Made by a program: the position numbers and the translations under genes
Shown: piece after piece, positions 25,139 through 35,742 of the stretch
Numbering within the stretch: the stretch's first letter is position 1
Layout: each line of letters begins with the position of its first letter
NCBI GenBank assembly: GCA_030427585.1
Contig: JAUIBW010000008.1
Span: 5,831-69,830 of the forward strand
Length of the DNA stretch: 64,000 bases
Source of the DNA: Bacteroidia bacterium
Lineage (GTDB): Bacteria > Bacteroidota > Bacteroidia > Flavobacteriales > Flavobacteriaceae
Reading direction: 5' to 3'
Notes under the pieces: generated by a model
Told to the model about the DNA's origin: nothing
Databases searched by the model: none
Seen by the model: the letters and a program-made list of their open reading frames with translations, nothing else

Positions 25139-25990
25139 TCAAGCGATCCTCTCTATAGAAGGGATTACCAAAAAAGGAATATTGGTATGATAGGCTACCT
25201 GGTTAATTACTGGTTTGAATAAAAGATTTTCGAAGAAAGAATGTTTATTGTGAATCATAACCAATAAATCGATTTTGTGCTTTTTCTGAAAATCTTCTAC
25301 AGCCTCTAGTACATCCATTCCTTCGGCAATGTGAAAAATATGAGCATTATTTTTAAAATACTTATCCAATTCCTCCTTAATCTTTTGCTGTTCAGCATCT
25401 AAAGCAACTCCATAATAAGCATTTAAGATATTAAGTCTACAAATATATTTATCACAAATTTCTTTTATTAAAGGTAAATATCTATTATCCATACTAAGGT
25501 TATAATCTGTTGGAAATAAAACATCTTTAGGTTTTTCAAATTCAAAACCAGAAGGAACTGCAATAACAGGACAGTTTACTTTTTTTATCGTATACATCGT
25601 ATGTGTCCCGATAAAGACTTCTTTGGCGCCTGTAGCTCCTTTGGTACCCATTATTATTAAATCAATATTGTATTTTTCGACAACTGACTTAATTTCTCCT
25701 ATTAGAGTATTAAAAACTGATAATCTAACAAAACTATGTTTCGGGTTATTAAACTCTTCTTTGATTTTTTCTTCTGTTCGTTCGACATCACGTTTAGAAT
25801 TTATCATTGCAATATCTTCCATGCCATACGGTGCAGGGTTCTCGATAAGATACCCTGTGTGATATGATACTGGCGTAAATGTATTGAGCAAATAAAAAGT
25901 AGTCTCTTCCTCTCTAAACAAATTTAAAGCATATCTAATCGCATTAAATGCATTATCAGAGAAATCGGTAGGTAATAAAATTCGTTTCAT
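25139..25990 (-). CDS. universal stress protein, tandem Usp domains
   Basis: ILLPTDFSDNAFNAIRYALNLF, IMGTKGATGAKEVFIGTHT. Confidence 0.85.
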   Translation of the reverse strand: MKRILLPTDFSDNAFNAIRYALNLFREEETTFYLLNTFTPVSYHTGYLIENPAPYGMEDIAMINSKRDVERTEEKIKEEFNNPKHSFVRLSVFNTLIGEIKSVVEKYNIDLIIMGTKGATGAKEVFIGTHTMYTIKKVNCPVIAVPSGFEFEKPKDVLFPTDYNLSMDNRYLPLIKEICDKYICRLNILNAYYGVALDAEQQKIKEELDKYFKNNAHIFHIAEGMDVLEAVEDFQKKHKIDLLVMIHNKHSFFENLLFKPVINQVAYHTNIPFLVIPSIERIA

Positions 25991-26002
25991 CTCTATATAA
26001 TT

Positions 26003-26851
26003 TTAATATCGTTGTAAGTTTTGCATCACTAAAAAAGGAATCTTAATATGTAGTCCTATTTTATCAATTGTAGATCGATCTAAAACATTTTCTAAATAAG
26101 AACGCCTCGAATTTACCATTACCAAAAAATCTATTTCATTACGCTCTGTAAACTGGTTTATAGCATAGGTAAGGTCTTCTGCTGTCTCTTGATGAAATAT
26201 TAATTTAGCATTAGGTAATGATTTTTTTAAAAAATGCTTATTATCTTCTTGCCGGATAGAAAGCTTGTCAAAGTTCGAGATATATAAAAAATTAATAGTA
26301 GACCTAAAGCTTTTAGTTAATGTACTAAACAATTTTAGTTCTCTTCGCTTAAATGGTAATTGATAATTTGTAGGAAATAGAATATTTTTTGGCGAATTGT
26401 AACTACAATTACTTGGAATTACTAATACAGGGCATTTTACATACTTAAGAACCTGTAAAGTATTGCTCCCAAAAGTAAGCTTTTGGTCATTAGTTTCTCC
26501 TTTTGTTCCCATAATCAGAATATCTATATTTTCCTTATCTACCAGATCATTAGCCTCATCGGTTAGACTCCCAAACATGGATAGTAATTTATACTCATGT
26601 CGAGGATTAGGTGAAATATTCTTTATTTCTAAAAGTACTTTCTCTAATGCCATATTAGAGTTTTTATATACTCTTTCTTTTAGTGTATCAAAAATTTCGC
26701 GAGAAACTACGGTGCTATGATCGTATACCTCATCGGCATAAGCATGTAATATAAAAAAATCACACCGTTCATATTTAAAAAGTTCAACAGCATATCGTAA
26801 AGCATTCATCGCATTTTCTGAAAAATCTGTGGGAATCAATATTTTTCTCAT
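26003..26851 (-). CDS. universal stress protein, tandem Usp domains
   Basis: ILIPTDFSENAMNALRYAVELF, IMGTKGETNDQKLTFGSNT. Confidence 0.85.
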   Translation of the reverse strand: MRKILIPTDFSENAMNALRYAVELFKYERCDFFILHAYADEVYDHSTVVSREIFDTLKERVYKNSNMALEKVLLEIKNISPNPRHEYKLLSMFGSLTDEANDLVDKENIDILIMGTKGETNDQKLTFGSNTLQVLKYVKCPVLVIPSNCSYNSPKNILFPTNYQLPFKRRELKLFSTLTKSFRSTINFLYISNFDKLSIRQEDNKHFLKKSLPNAKLIFHQETAEDLTYAINQFTERNEIDFLVMVNSRRSYLENVLDRSTIDKIGLHIKIPFLVMQNLQRY

Positions 26852-26910
26852 TCGGTTGCTTTTTTTGATATGTTATACTCAAAAGTAGGTAATCACAGAT
26901 GCAAAAACTA

Positions 26911-26922
26911 TGATTTTTGTCA
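26911..26922 (-). promoter_or_regulatory. FixK/FNR-like box TGATTTTTGTCA serving the usp 26003 operon
   Basis: On the minus strand, 23 nt later comes TACTTTTG, a perfect TAnnTTTG. Confidence 0.65.
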
Positions 26923-26934
26923 GTTGAGGAATCA

Positions 26935-26946
26935 TGACATTTGTCA
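26935..26946 (+). promoter_or_regulatory. FixK/FNR-like box TGACATTTGTCA serving ccoI
   Basis: Perfect palindrome; 23 nt later comes CATATTTG; 47 nt upstream of the ccoI ATG. Confidence 0.6.
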
Positions 26947-26992
26947 TATTATATAAATGCATACTTTTTCATATTTGTAACAAACAAATTCT

Positions 26993-29389
26993 ATGTCAGA
27001 GCATACTTGCTTTCACTGTGGAGATGATTGCGGTAAAACGGTAATCAAATTTGATCAAAAAACATTCTGCTGTAATGGGTGCAAAACTGTATTTGAAATT
27101 TTTTCGACTCATGATTTATCCTGTTATTATGACTTACAGTCTGCTCCTGGTGCCATTCCTGAAGAAATTCAAGGAAAATACGATTATCTCGACACTCCTG
27201 CTATTGCTGAAAAATTAATAGAATTTAAGGACGGTAATACCCAAATCATCACACTATATATTCCACATATGCATTGTAGTTCCTGCATTTGGATATTAGA
27301 AAACCTCCATAAGCTTCAACCAGCGGTTACTGCATCCCAGGTTAATTTCCCTAAAAAAACAGTTCGTATTACTTTTAATAGTGATCGTGTTTCCCTCAAA
27401 GCCTTGGTCATTTTACTTAATTCTATAGGTTATGAACCCTATATTAGTCTGAATGACTATACCACAGGGGAAACACAAATAAATCGAAGTTTGATTTATA
27501 AACTTGGTATTGCCGGTTTTGCTTTCGGAAATGTAATGTTCTTATCTTTTCCAGAGTATTTTGAAGTATCTGAATACTGGTTAGAACAATACAAACACGT
27601 TTTTCGTTGGTTAATGTTTACTTTTTCATTGCCCGTTGTATTTTATGCTGCACAAGATTATTTTATTTCTGCTTATAAAGGATTACGGTCTAAAATATTA
27701 AATATCGATATCCCCATTGCTTTAGGGATTCTCGTCCTTTTCTTAAGAAGTACTACAGAAATAATTTTTGATTGGGGCACTGGTTTCTTTGATAGCCTTA
27801 CCGGACTGGTATTTTTTCTATTACTAGGAAAATTTTTCCAGCAAAAAACCTATTCCTTTTTATCTTTCGAAAGAGATTATAAATCTTATTTCCCTATTGC
27901 AGTAACAAGAATTGCCTTTACAAAACATAAAAAAGAAAGAAAAGAAGAAAATATACAAGTTTATGATATTAAAAAAGGGGATCGACTATTGATCAGAAAT
28001 GGAGAGTTAATTCCTGTAGATGCAATTCTTATCGAAGGTGATGCCCAAATTGACTACAGTTTTGTAACTGGCGAAAGTGAATCGGTCACCAAACAATCGG
28101 GCGATACTCTTTTTGCCGGGGGCAGACAACTTTATGGAGCGATAGAAATCGAAGTTTTAAAATCGGTAGAACAAAGCTATCTTACTCAATTATGGAGCAA
28201 CGATGTATTTAATAAAGATAAAACAGCTTCATTTACCAATCTTACCGATACGATAAGCAAATATTTTACGATTACAATCTTATGTATTGCTGTACTTGCT
28301 ACTTCTTTTTGGTTATTTGTTGATCCTTCAAAAGCCGCACAGGTATTCACCGCTGTACTTATTATCGCCTGTCCATGTGCATTGGCATTGGCAAGACCGT
28401 TTGCCTTGGGCAATATCCTTCGCATCTTCGGAAAAACCAAATTCTATCTCAAAAATGCAGATGTTATAGAACGATTATCCAAGATAGATACCATGATTTT
28501 TGACAAAACAGGTACCATAACCACTACAATTACAAGTGAAGTTACCTATGAAGGAATGAAACTAACCCCCGAAGAAGAATCCTTGCTTAAAAACACCTTA
28601 CGAGCATCAAATCACCCACTTAGCAGAACACTTTATGATATATTGGCAGAACAAGATATCCTAACTCTAGACGAATATCACGAATATATCGGGAAAGGGA
28701 TTGAAGGTAAACTTGAAGAAGACACTATCAAAATAGGATCAGCAAATTTTGTAGGACAGGACATTAATGCTGAAATCACAGACACTACAGTTCATATTAG
28801 TACTAATGAACATTATAAAGGCCATTACGTTTTTCATAATCAATATAGAAAAGGAGTTAAAAAAGTATTTGATCAACTATCTGAAGATTACAAACTCGCT
28901 ATTTTATCAGGCGATAATGAAGGCGAAAAAGAATATTTAAAAAAACTACTCCCCAAAAACACCTCTTTACTTTTTGATCAAAAACCAGACGATAAACTAA
29001 ACTATATCAAATCATTACAACAACATAATCAAAATGTCATCATGGTTGGTGATGGGTTAAATGATGCCGGTGCCTTAGCCCAAAGTGATGTAGGTATAGC
29101 CGTTTCAGAAAATGTAAATGTATTTTCTCCTGCATGTGATGCTATTCTTGATGCTTCAAAATTTGATACCATATCAGTTTATCTTAACCTATCCAAAAAA
29201 GCGATTGCAATTATTAAATCAAGTTTTGTTCTATCGTTTTTATATAATAGTATAGGTCTATACTTTGCTGTTACCGGACAACTCTCTCCTGTGATAGCTG
29301 CAATACTAATGCCATTAAGTTCGATATCTATTGTTGCATATGTCACCGTGCTTACAAACTGGTCCGGAAAAAAATTAATATCAAAATAA
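26993..29389 (+). CDS. ccoI: copper-translocating P-type ATPase, CcoI/FixI type
   Basis: N-terminal Cys-rich CFHCGDDC...CCNGCKTVFE, HMHCSSC metal site, TM CPC (IIACPCALALA), DKTGT, GDGLNDAGAL. Confidence 0.88.
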   Translation: MSEHTCFHCGDDCGKTVIKFDQKTFCCNGCKTVFEIFSTHDLSCYYDLQSAPGAIPEEIQGKYDYLDTPAIAEKLIEFKDGNTQIITLYIPHMHCSSCIWILENLHKLQPAVTASQVNFPKKTVRITFNSDRVSLKALVILLNSIGYEPYISLNDYTTGETQINRSLIYKLGIAGFAFGNVMFLSFPEYFEVSEYWLEQYKHVFRWLMFTFSLPVVFYAAQDYFISAYKGLRSKILNIDIPIALGILVLFLRSTTEIIFDWGTGFFDSLTGLVFFLLLGKFFQQKTYSFLSFERDYKSYFPIAVTRIAFTKHKKERKEENIQVYDIKKGDRLLIRNGELIPVDAILIEGDAQIDYSFVTGESESVTKQSGDTLFAGGRQLYGAIEIEVLKSVEQSYLTQLWSNDVFNKDKTASFTNLTDTISKYFTITILCIAVLATSFWLFVDPSKAAQVFTAVLIIACPCALALARPFALGNILRIFGKTKFYLKNADVIERLSKIDTMIFDKTGTITTTITSEVTYEGMKLTPEEESLLKNTLRASNHPLSRTLYDILAEQDILTLDEYHEYIGKGIEGKLEEDTIKIGSANFVGQDINAEITDTTVHISTNEHYKGHYVFHNQYRKGVKKVFDQLSEDYKLAILSGDNEGEKEYLKKLLPKNTSLLFDQKPDDKLNYIKSLQQHNQNVIMVGDGLNDAGALAQSDVGIAVSENVNVFSPACDAILDASKFDTISVYLNLSKKAIAIIKSSFVLSFLYNSIGLYFAVTGQLSPVIAAILMPLSSISIVAYVTVLTNWSGKKLISK

Positions 29390-29997
29390 TGATCAATACT
29401 TCTAATGACCATAACCCAATTCAACATTTTCAGCAATGGTTTTATGAGGTAGATAAAGCTTATCCCGAGGATGAAACTAATGCAATGTTACTCTCCACCA
29501 TTGGGGTAGATGGCTTTCCCAAAAGTAGAATTGTATTATTAAAACGCTTCACCTGGGAGGGTTTCATCTTTTTTACCAACTATAACAGTGAGAAAGGAAA
29601 GGCTATCGCGCAAAACAATAAAGTTTCTATTGCCTTTAATTGGACCACAGCAAAAAAGAACATCTTAATTGAAGGAGAAGCAGAAAAAATTGCCGGCAAC
29701 TTATCAGAAGGATATTTCGAATCACGACCCGAAGGTAGTAAATTAGGAGCCTGGGCTTCTGATCAAAGTAAAGTAGTTTCTTCACGCAAAGTTCTAGAAG
29801 ACCAACTAAAACACTACGAAACCAAATTCAAAAACCAAGTTATTCCAAGACCAGAGCATTGGGGAGGATACATCATTAGACCTAATAGATTTGAGTTTAC
29901 AGAATACAATCAAATAGAAGGGTTTACACACACCATAACATATAAACTTCTACCAGATTATAGGTGGCTTAAGGATATAGAATATGAACATAAATAG
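29389..29997 (+). CDS. pdxH: pyridoxamine 5'-phosphate oxidase family protein (PdxH-like)
   Basis: MLLSTIG.DGFPKSRIVLLK, FFTNYNSEKGK, SRPEGSKLGAWAS.QS, RPEHWGGY. The canonical C-terminal EFWQ is replaced by EFTEY. TAATG overlap with ccoI. Confidence 0.6.
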   Translation: MINTSNDHNPIQHFQQWFYEVDKAYPEDETNAMLLSTIGVDGFPKSRIVLLKRFTWEGFIFFTNYNSEKGKAIAQNNKVSIAFNWTTAKKNILIEGEAEKIAGNLSEGYFESRPEGSKLGAWASDQSKVVSSRKVLEDQLKHYETKFKNQVIPRPEHWGGYIIRPNRFEFTEYNQIEGFTHTITYKLLPDYRWLKDIEYEHK

Positions 29998-30266
29998 ATA
30001 ATAATATCGGTCTATTATAATATAAACTTCTGAATGTTTTATTCTAGTTTTTAAAATTTCGATGATATAATAACTATTTCGGTAAATACCTAATGCCAAA
30101 ATTGATTTTTTTAACAAAAGATCTGTCGTATATACAACCATACATAATTAAACCTTTTTTTAGCTATAAAATTAGTTATCCGAAAGTTACACCTGCCTTT
30201 AAAAAAGAAAAAGATCTGTTTTTAAAGAATTATTATTATTTAGATTGAATTAATATATCTGCTTTA

Positions 30267-30278
30267 TGACAATTATCA
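30267..30278 (+). promoter_or_regulatory. FixK/FNR-like box TGACAATTATCA (distal, nap region)
   Basis: 23 nt later comes TAGTTTTA (30302-30309); about 260 nt upstream of the porin ATG. Confidence 0.55.
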
Positions 30279-30466
30279 TGCTTTATGACTCTATTTGAGA
30301 ATAGTTTTATCAGTATATTATCGAGGTGAAAAAAGACATCTAACTATTTGTTTATTCTCTAATCTAAGAAAAACAAATAGTATATTCTGAGTATGGTTTA
30401 AGAATGGGAATGATGGTTGATTTGCACCTTGTATTTAGTCAATTTTTATGGTAAAAAAACTAAACC

Positions 30467-30478
30467 TGACTGATATCA
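30467..30478 (+). promoter_or_regulatory. FixK/FNR-like box TGACTGATATCA (proximal, nap region)
   Basis: 61 nt upstream of the porin ATG; a weak AATATTTA lies 23 nt downstream. Confidence 0.5.
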
Positions 30479-30538
30479 TTGTATGCAATAATAAATGAAC
30501 CAATATTTACCGTAGTTAATTTATAATCAAATCTTACT

Positions 30539-31801
30539 ATGAAACTCATTAAACTTAATACCCTCATTTTTTTCATATTACTTATTACAACTACTAATGC
30601 TCAATTAAAAATCGACGCCGAAGTACGACCGCGATTCGAATACAGGCATGGATTTAAAACACTTTTCCCAGATGATGCAGATCCCGCAGCATTTGTATCT
30701 CAGCGCACACGATTAAATGCTGGATATAAAACGGAGAAATTAAATTTTTACGTAAGTCTGCAAGATGTAAGGGTATGGGGAGACGTACCTCAACTTAATA
30801 CAGCAGATAAAAATGGTTTTAGTGTTCAACAGGCCTGGGGAGAAATTCTTTTTAACCCAAATATCTCATTAAAATTAGGTCGCCAGGAAATTTCATACGA
30901 CGATCAGCGTATTTTTGGAAACGTAGGTTGGGCACAGCAAGCAAGAAGCCACGATGCTGCTCTTATAAGATACGACAAAAATAGTTTTAAGTTTGATCTG
31001 GGTTTTGCATTTAACCAAGGAGAAGAATCCTTAACAGAAACTACACTTACGACACCAAATACATATAAAAGTATCCAATACGCTTGGCTACACAAAGATT
31101 GGGAAAGTTTTTCAGGAAGTTTCCTTTTTCTTAATAATGGATTACAGTATACAGATGCTACCAATTCTGAAAATAATGAAACCAGATATAGCCAAACTGT
31201 AGGGACCCATTTAAAATATAAAACAGGAAAACTTGGTTTTACATCTAATCTTTATTATCAATTTGGAAATGATTTAGCCGATAATGACCTAAGTGCATAT
31301 TTATTAGGCCTAGAGGCAGGTTATAAAGTATCAGAACAATGGAAAATAGTACTTGGTGGAGAATTACAAAGTGGTAATGATAACGGAGCACCTGCTAATG
31401 GAGATAACGAAGCTTTTACTCCTTTTTATGGCACCAATCACAAGTTTAATGGATTAATGGATTATTTCTATGTAGGAAACCATATCGGAAATGTAGGGCT
31501 AATCGACTTGTATCTAAAAGCTAATGCGAAAATTACTCCAAAATCTACATTAAATGTAGCCGCTCACAATTTTATGGCTGCCGCAGATTTACCAGGAGAT
31601 GAATCTAAACAACTGGGTACAGAAATAGATTTGGTCTATTCTTATAATTTACAAAAGAATGTAAATATCAAAGCTGGATATTCTCACCTCTTTGCTTCAG
31701 ATGGAATGGAAGTGCTGAAAAATAATTTTGATGGGAATACCAATAATTGGGGATGGATCATGGTGACAATTAAACCAACGCTATTTACAACCAACAAATA
31801 A
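30539..31801 (+). CDS. outer-membrane porin (alginate-export-like beta-barrel)
   Basis: Signal peptide, alternating beta-strand pattern, and C-terminal aromatic-rich region. First gene of the nap cluster. Confidence 0.5.
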   Translation: MKLIKLNTLIFFILLITTTNAQLKIDAEVRPRFEYRHGFKTLFPDDADPAAFVSQRTRLNAGYKTEKLNFYVSLQDVRVWGDVPQLNTADKNGFSVQQAWGEILFNPNISLKLGRQEISYDDQRIFGNVGWAQQARSHDAALIRYDKNSFKFDLGFAFNQGEESLTETTLTTPNTYKSIQYAWLHKDWESFSGSFLFLNNGLQYTDATNSENNETRYSQTVGTHLKYKTGKLGFTSNLYYQFGNDLADNDLSAYLLGLEAGYKVSEQWKIVLGGELQSGNDNGAPANGDNEAFTPFYGTNHKFNGLMDYFYVGNHIGNVGLIDLYLKANAKITPKSTLNVAAHNFMAAADLPGDESKQLGTEIDLVYSYNLQKNVNIKAGYSHLFASDGMEVLKNNFDGNTNNWGWIMVTIKPTLFTTNK

Positions 31802-31808
31802 TAAAACT

Positions 31809-32048
31809 ATGCCAATTAAGAGTTATTTAGCCCATCCACAAAAAGGAGAAAAAAATGAGCTTATCAATGCGCTATCTTCAATAGAGCAATGTGAAGTCAT
31901 GCCAGCCAATAATAAGGATGTACTCATCTTAATTACAGAGACTGAAAATGAAACTGAAGAAGCAATTCTAAAAGAAAAACTGGATACTATAGAAAGTCTA
32001 AAATTATTAGCTATGGTCTCTGGATTTAATACACCACAAAACAATTAG
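31809..32048 (+). CDS. napD: NapD-like chaperone
   Basis: 79 aa starting [10 protein letters not shown], located directly upstream of napA. Confidence 0.6.
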   Translation: MPIKSYLAHPQKGEKNELINALSSIEQCEVMPANNKDVLILITETENETEEAILKEKLDTIESLKLLAMVSGFNTPQNN

Positions 32049-32052
32049 TATT

Positions 32053-34377
32053 ATGTATACCTCTCTCACAAATAGAAGAAAGTTCATAAAAAAGATGGCT
32101 ATGTTGTCTGCTATGACCGCTGCAGCAACTATGTTTCCGGGAATCTTATTTGCAGACGAACAGGAAAAAGGATTGCCAAGCGGTGATATCGATTGGACAA
32201 AAGCTCCATGTAGATTTTGTGGTGTAGGATGCGGAGTGCTTATAGGAACCCAAAACGGAAAAGCTGTTGCCGTAAAAGGAGATCCTAAGAGTAGTGTTAA
32301 TAAAGGGTTACTTTGTGTAAAGGGATACCATCAAATCATGTGTATTCAATCAAAAGATAGATTAACCCATGCATTGGTAAAGAAAAATGGTCAATATGTT
32401 AAAACTCCAATCAATGAAGCTTTAGACATTGTTGCCAACAAAATGAAGGAGACTATTCAAAAACATGGCAAAGATAGTGTAGCGATGTATACTTCCGGTC
32501 AATCTACCATTCCCGAAGGATATGTTGCTTCAAAATTAATGAAAGGTGCGATTGGCACAAATAATCTAGATTGTAATGCCCGTTTATGTATGGCGAGTGC
32601 AGTAGCTGGTTTTTTAACCACTTTTGGTGCTGATGAACCTATGGGTTGTTATGATGATATCGACCATGCCGACTATTTTATTACATGGGGTAATAATATG
32701 GCAGAAATGCATCCGGTGTTATTCTCCCGAATGCTCGAACAAAAAAATAGAAGAGGTGCTAAGATTATTGATTTTGCAACACGTACAACACGTTCTAGTA
32801 CTGCATCTGATAAATCTATATTATTTGAACCTCAAACAGATTTGGCCGTTGCCAATGCAATTTGTTATGAAATTATCAAAAATGGATGGGTAAATAGGTC
32901 TTTTGTAGAAAAACATTGCAATTTTAGCAAAGGACTAACCAATATGGGATATGGCCTCGAAGACAAATACAAATTTAAAGACAAGCCACAAAAAATAGAT
33001 TTTGAAGCTTATAAAAAATTCTTAAACGATTATACTCCAGAAAAAGTAGCCAAGTACTCAAAAGTATCTGCAAAAGATATTAAGTATTTAGCCTCTATAT
33101 ACGGAGATCCAAATAAAAAAGTGGTTTCTTATTGGTGTATGGGAATGAACCAACACACCAGAGGAACGTGGATGAACAACTTAGTCTATAACATCCATTT
33201 ACTTACCGGAAAAATTTCACAACCGGGAAATGGACCATTTTCACTAACCGGGCAACCATCTGCTTGTGGTACGGCAAGAGAAGTAGGTACTTTTACGCAC
33301 AAGTTACCTAAAGGAGTCGTGACTAATGAAAAACATAGACGTCTGGCTGCAAAAATATGGAAAGTACCTTATGAACGTATCCCTGCTAAACCAACGTATC
33401 ATGCCACAGAAATGTTTAGAGCAATTGATCGTGGAGATATTAAATTTATTTGGACACAAGTAACTAACCCGTTGGTTTCGATGCCAAAAACAAGCAGGTA
33501 TAGACCGGGTATGGAGCAAGACTCCTGTTTTGTTGTAGTTTCTGATGTTTTTCCTACCCCAACATCTGATGTTGCAGATGTCATTTTACCAGCATCATGG
33601 CATATAGAAAAAAGCGGATTGTACGGAAACTCTGAACGAAGAACACAACATTGGGATAAAATGGTAGATGGCCCAGGAGAAACCACTCCTGATGCATGGA
33701 TGACCATTGAAGTTGCAAAACGAATGGGGTATGAAGATTTATTTCCATATAGTGAAGAAAACCATGTTGAAGAAATTTATAATGAATACCGACAGTTTCA
33801 TGAAGGAGCAAAACATGGGATGGCTCCTTTAGAAGTTCTGAAAAAAGAATCTGGTGTAATATGGCCATATGTAAACGGAAAATCTACACAATGGCGTTTC
33901 AATGCAAAATATGATCCGGCTTGTTCTAATGGTGAAGATTTTCATTTTTATGGAAAACCAGACGGAAAAGCAGTCATATGGCAACGTCCTTATGAACCAG
34001 CTCCAGAAATACCTGATAATGAATATCCGTTTTGGTTAAACACCGGAAGAGTTGTTGAGCATTGGCACACAGGCTCTATGACCCGTAGAATCCCTGTTTT
34101 ACATAAAGCGATGCCAAATGCCTATGTAGAATTTCATCCAGAAGATGCAAAAGCATTAGGAATTAGAGATGGTGAAAATATAAAAGTAACATCACGTAGA
34201 GGTTCGTGTATATTACCTGCATCGATAAACAAAAGAGGATTGCCTACCAAAGGCCAGGTCTTTGTTCCCTTCTTCGACGAAAACATGCTAATTAACGACG
34301 TTACTTTAGATGCTTTTTGCCCAATTTCTAAAGAACCTGACTATAAAAAATGTGCTGTTAAAGTTGAAAAAGTATAG
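32053..34377 (+). CDS. napA: periplasmic nitrate reductase catalytic subunit NapA
   Basis: Tat signal [19 protein letters not shown], FeS motif [10 protein letters not shown]....G, molybdopterin oxidoreductase length (774 aa), C-terminal CAVKVEK. Confidence 0.9.
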   Translation: MYTSLTNRRKFIKKMAMLSAMTAAATMFPGILFADEQEKGLPSGDIDWTKAPCRFCGVGCGVLIGTQNGKAVAVKGDPKSSVNKGLLCVKGYHQIMCIQSKDRLTHALVKKNGQYVKTPINEALDIVANKMKETIQKHGKDSVAMYTSGQSTIPEGYVASKLMKGAIGTNNLDCNARLCMASAVAGFLTTFGADEPMGCYDDIDHADYFITWGNNMAEMHPVLFSRMLEQKNRRGAKIIDFATRTTRSSTASDKSILFEPQTDLAVANAICYEIIKNGWVNRSFVEKHCNFSKGLTNMGYGLEDKYKFKDKPQKIDFEAYKKFLNDYTPEKVAKYSKVSAKDIKYLASIYGDPNKKVVSYWCMGMNQHTRGTWMNNLVYNIHLLTGKISQPGNGPFSLTGQPSACGTAREVGTFTHKLPKGVVTNEKHRRLAAKIWKVPYERIPAKPTYHATEMFRAIDRGDIKFIWTQVTNPLVSMPKTSRYRPGMEQDSCFVVVSDVFPTPTSDVADVILPASWHIEKSGLYGNSERRTQHWDKMVDGPGETTPDAWMTIEVAKRMGYEDLFPYSEENHVEEIYNEYRQFHEGAKHGMAPLEVLKKESGVIWPYVNGKSTQWRFNAKYDPACSNGEDFHFYGKPDGKAVIWQRPYEPAPEIPDNEYPFWLNTGRVVEHWHTGSMTRRIPVLHKAMPNAYVEFHPEDAKALGIRDGENIKVTSRRGSCILPASINKRGLPTKGQVFVPFFDENMLINDVTLDAFCPISKEPDYKKCAVKVEKV

Positions 34378-34380
34378 GTT

Positions 34381-35079
34381 ATGAAAAAAAGACTCGGAAT
34401 CATATCACTTTTTTTAGTATTGTTCATAGCCTTTATCACTATTTGGAATTATAGTTACCAGGAAGGTTTGGAAGAAAGTTATATTCCTATTCAGGAAAAC
34501 TCAACCGAAACATTTATTCCGTTAGAAAGTGGTGTATTCAAACGTTCTGGGTTGGCATTAGAGTATGCAAATATGCCTGTTGATGAAGAACATCAAAGAT
34601 CACTAGATACTTACTATGATAACAGGGCATATCCTGGAGCACCACCCAGTATCCCACATCCTGTTAAGGAAGAAATGAGCTTAGGAGCAAATACCTGTTT
34701 GCAATGTCATGAAAACGGAGGTTTTGTTACCAAATTTAATGCATATGCACCAGTTACACCTCATCCAGAAATGGTTAATTGCCGGCAATGCCATGTAGTA
34801 CAAAACACCCAAACTCTCTTTACCGAAAATGGTTTTGCAAAGGCTCATGCTCCAAAAGTAGGAGTAAATAATGCTTTACCCGGGAGTCCACCAATGATCC
34901 CACATCAAATACAAATGAGAGAAAATTGTTTGTCTTGCCATGCCGGACCCGCAGCTCCAAAAGAGATTAAAGTATCTCATCCAGAGCGTACAAATTGTAG
35001 GCAATGTCATGTTCCTAAAGACAAAACAGTAACTGATATTGAAGTTTTCACAAGAGCTAATAGTATTGAAAATGAATAG
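34381..35079 (+). CDS. napB: tetraheme NapB-like cytochrome c (internally duplicated NapB)
   Basis: Two copies of the NapB pattern PP.IPH...C..CH...C.QCHV: PPSIPHP...CLQCH...CRQCHV and PPMIPHQ...CLSCH...CRQCHV. Confidence 0.75.
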   Translation: MKKRLGIISLFLVLFIAFITIWNYSYQEGLEESYIPIQENSTETFIPLESGVFKRSGLALEYANMPVDEEHQRSLDTYYDNRAYPGAPPSIPHPVKEEMSLGANTCLQCHENGGFVTKFNAYAPVTPHPEMVNCRQCHVVQNTQTLFTENGFAKAHAPKVGVNNALPGSPPMIPHQIQMRENCLSCHAGPAAPKEIKVSHPERTNCRQCHVPKDKTVTDIEVFTRANSIENE

Positions 35080-35698
35080 ATATAATAACATACATATTCT
35101 AATGTATACTTTCCTTACCGTTATATTATTTTCTTGTAAACACGGAGAAGATGAATATCATAATATTACGGATAAAATAGAAGCCAAAAGTAAAAATTAT
35201 CATGGCACCTCTATTTCTTCAGAACAGTATTTAGAAGGTATAAAAACAATAGAAATTACAGAAGGAGAACACACATTCTTGATTCCTGAACGTAAAAGTG
35301 AAATCAAATCATACGCCTGTACCGAATGTCATACCAAACCATTAGAAGAATTAAAAAGTGAAAATCCTTCAAAAAAAGCACACTGGGATATTAAGCTGGC
35401 TCATGCAAACCTGAATACTATGAATTGTATTACTTGTCATAATGGTAATGATATGGATAACTTAACCAGTTTAACAGGTACAGACATTGATTTTAATAGA
35501 AGCTATACACTATGTAGTCAATGCCATAACAAACAGTTTAAAGATTGGAAAGGCGGTGCACATGGCAAAAAACTAGGAGGATGGGCTCCTCCCAGAGCAT
35601 CAATGACCTGTGTAAATTGCCATAACCCACACAAGCCAGGTTTTGAAACCAGATGGCCTGCCGGGTATAATACTCAAAAAGTAAAAGAACGAGAATAG
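35072..35698 (+). CDS. tetraheme cytochrome c lipoprotein
   Basis: Four CxxCH motifs (CTECH, CITCH, CSQCH, CVNCH). Start set at MNRYNNIHILMYTFLTVILFSC (lipobox), overlapping the napB end by 8 nt. Confidence 0.75.
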   Translation: MNRYNNIHILMYTFLTVILFSCKHGEDEYHNITDKIEAKSKNYHGTSISSEQYLEGIKTIEITEGEHTFLIPERKSEIKSYACTECHTKPLEELKSENPSKKAHWDIKLAHANLNTMNCITCHNGNDMDNLTSLTGTDIDFNRSYTLCSQCHNKQFKDWKGGAHGKKLGGWAPPRASMTCVNCHNPHKPGFETRWPAGYNTQKVKERE

Positions 35699-35742
35699 TT
35701 TAGCTATTACACTTTCATGTAATATCTCTTAATAATTTAACA

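Noticed and set aside
22392-26851. Whether the five consecutive usp genes are a recent tandem amplification or a repeat element
   Set aside because: The nucleotide sequences are clearly diverged, and only short protein motifs are shared. They are old paralogs, not a DNA repeat.
30342-30381. 11-bp stem hairpin (ACTATTTGTTT...AAACAAATAGT) between the two nap-region boxes; considered as an sRNA terminator or attenuator
   Set aside because: No T-run follows it and the loop is long (17 nt). There is insufficient evidence for a separate RNA gene, so it is mentioned only as a possible leader structure.
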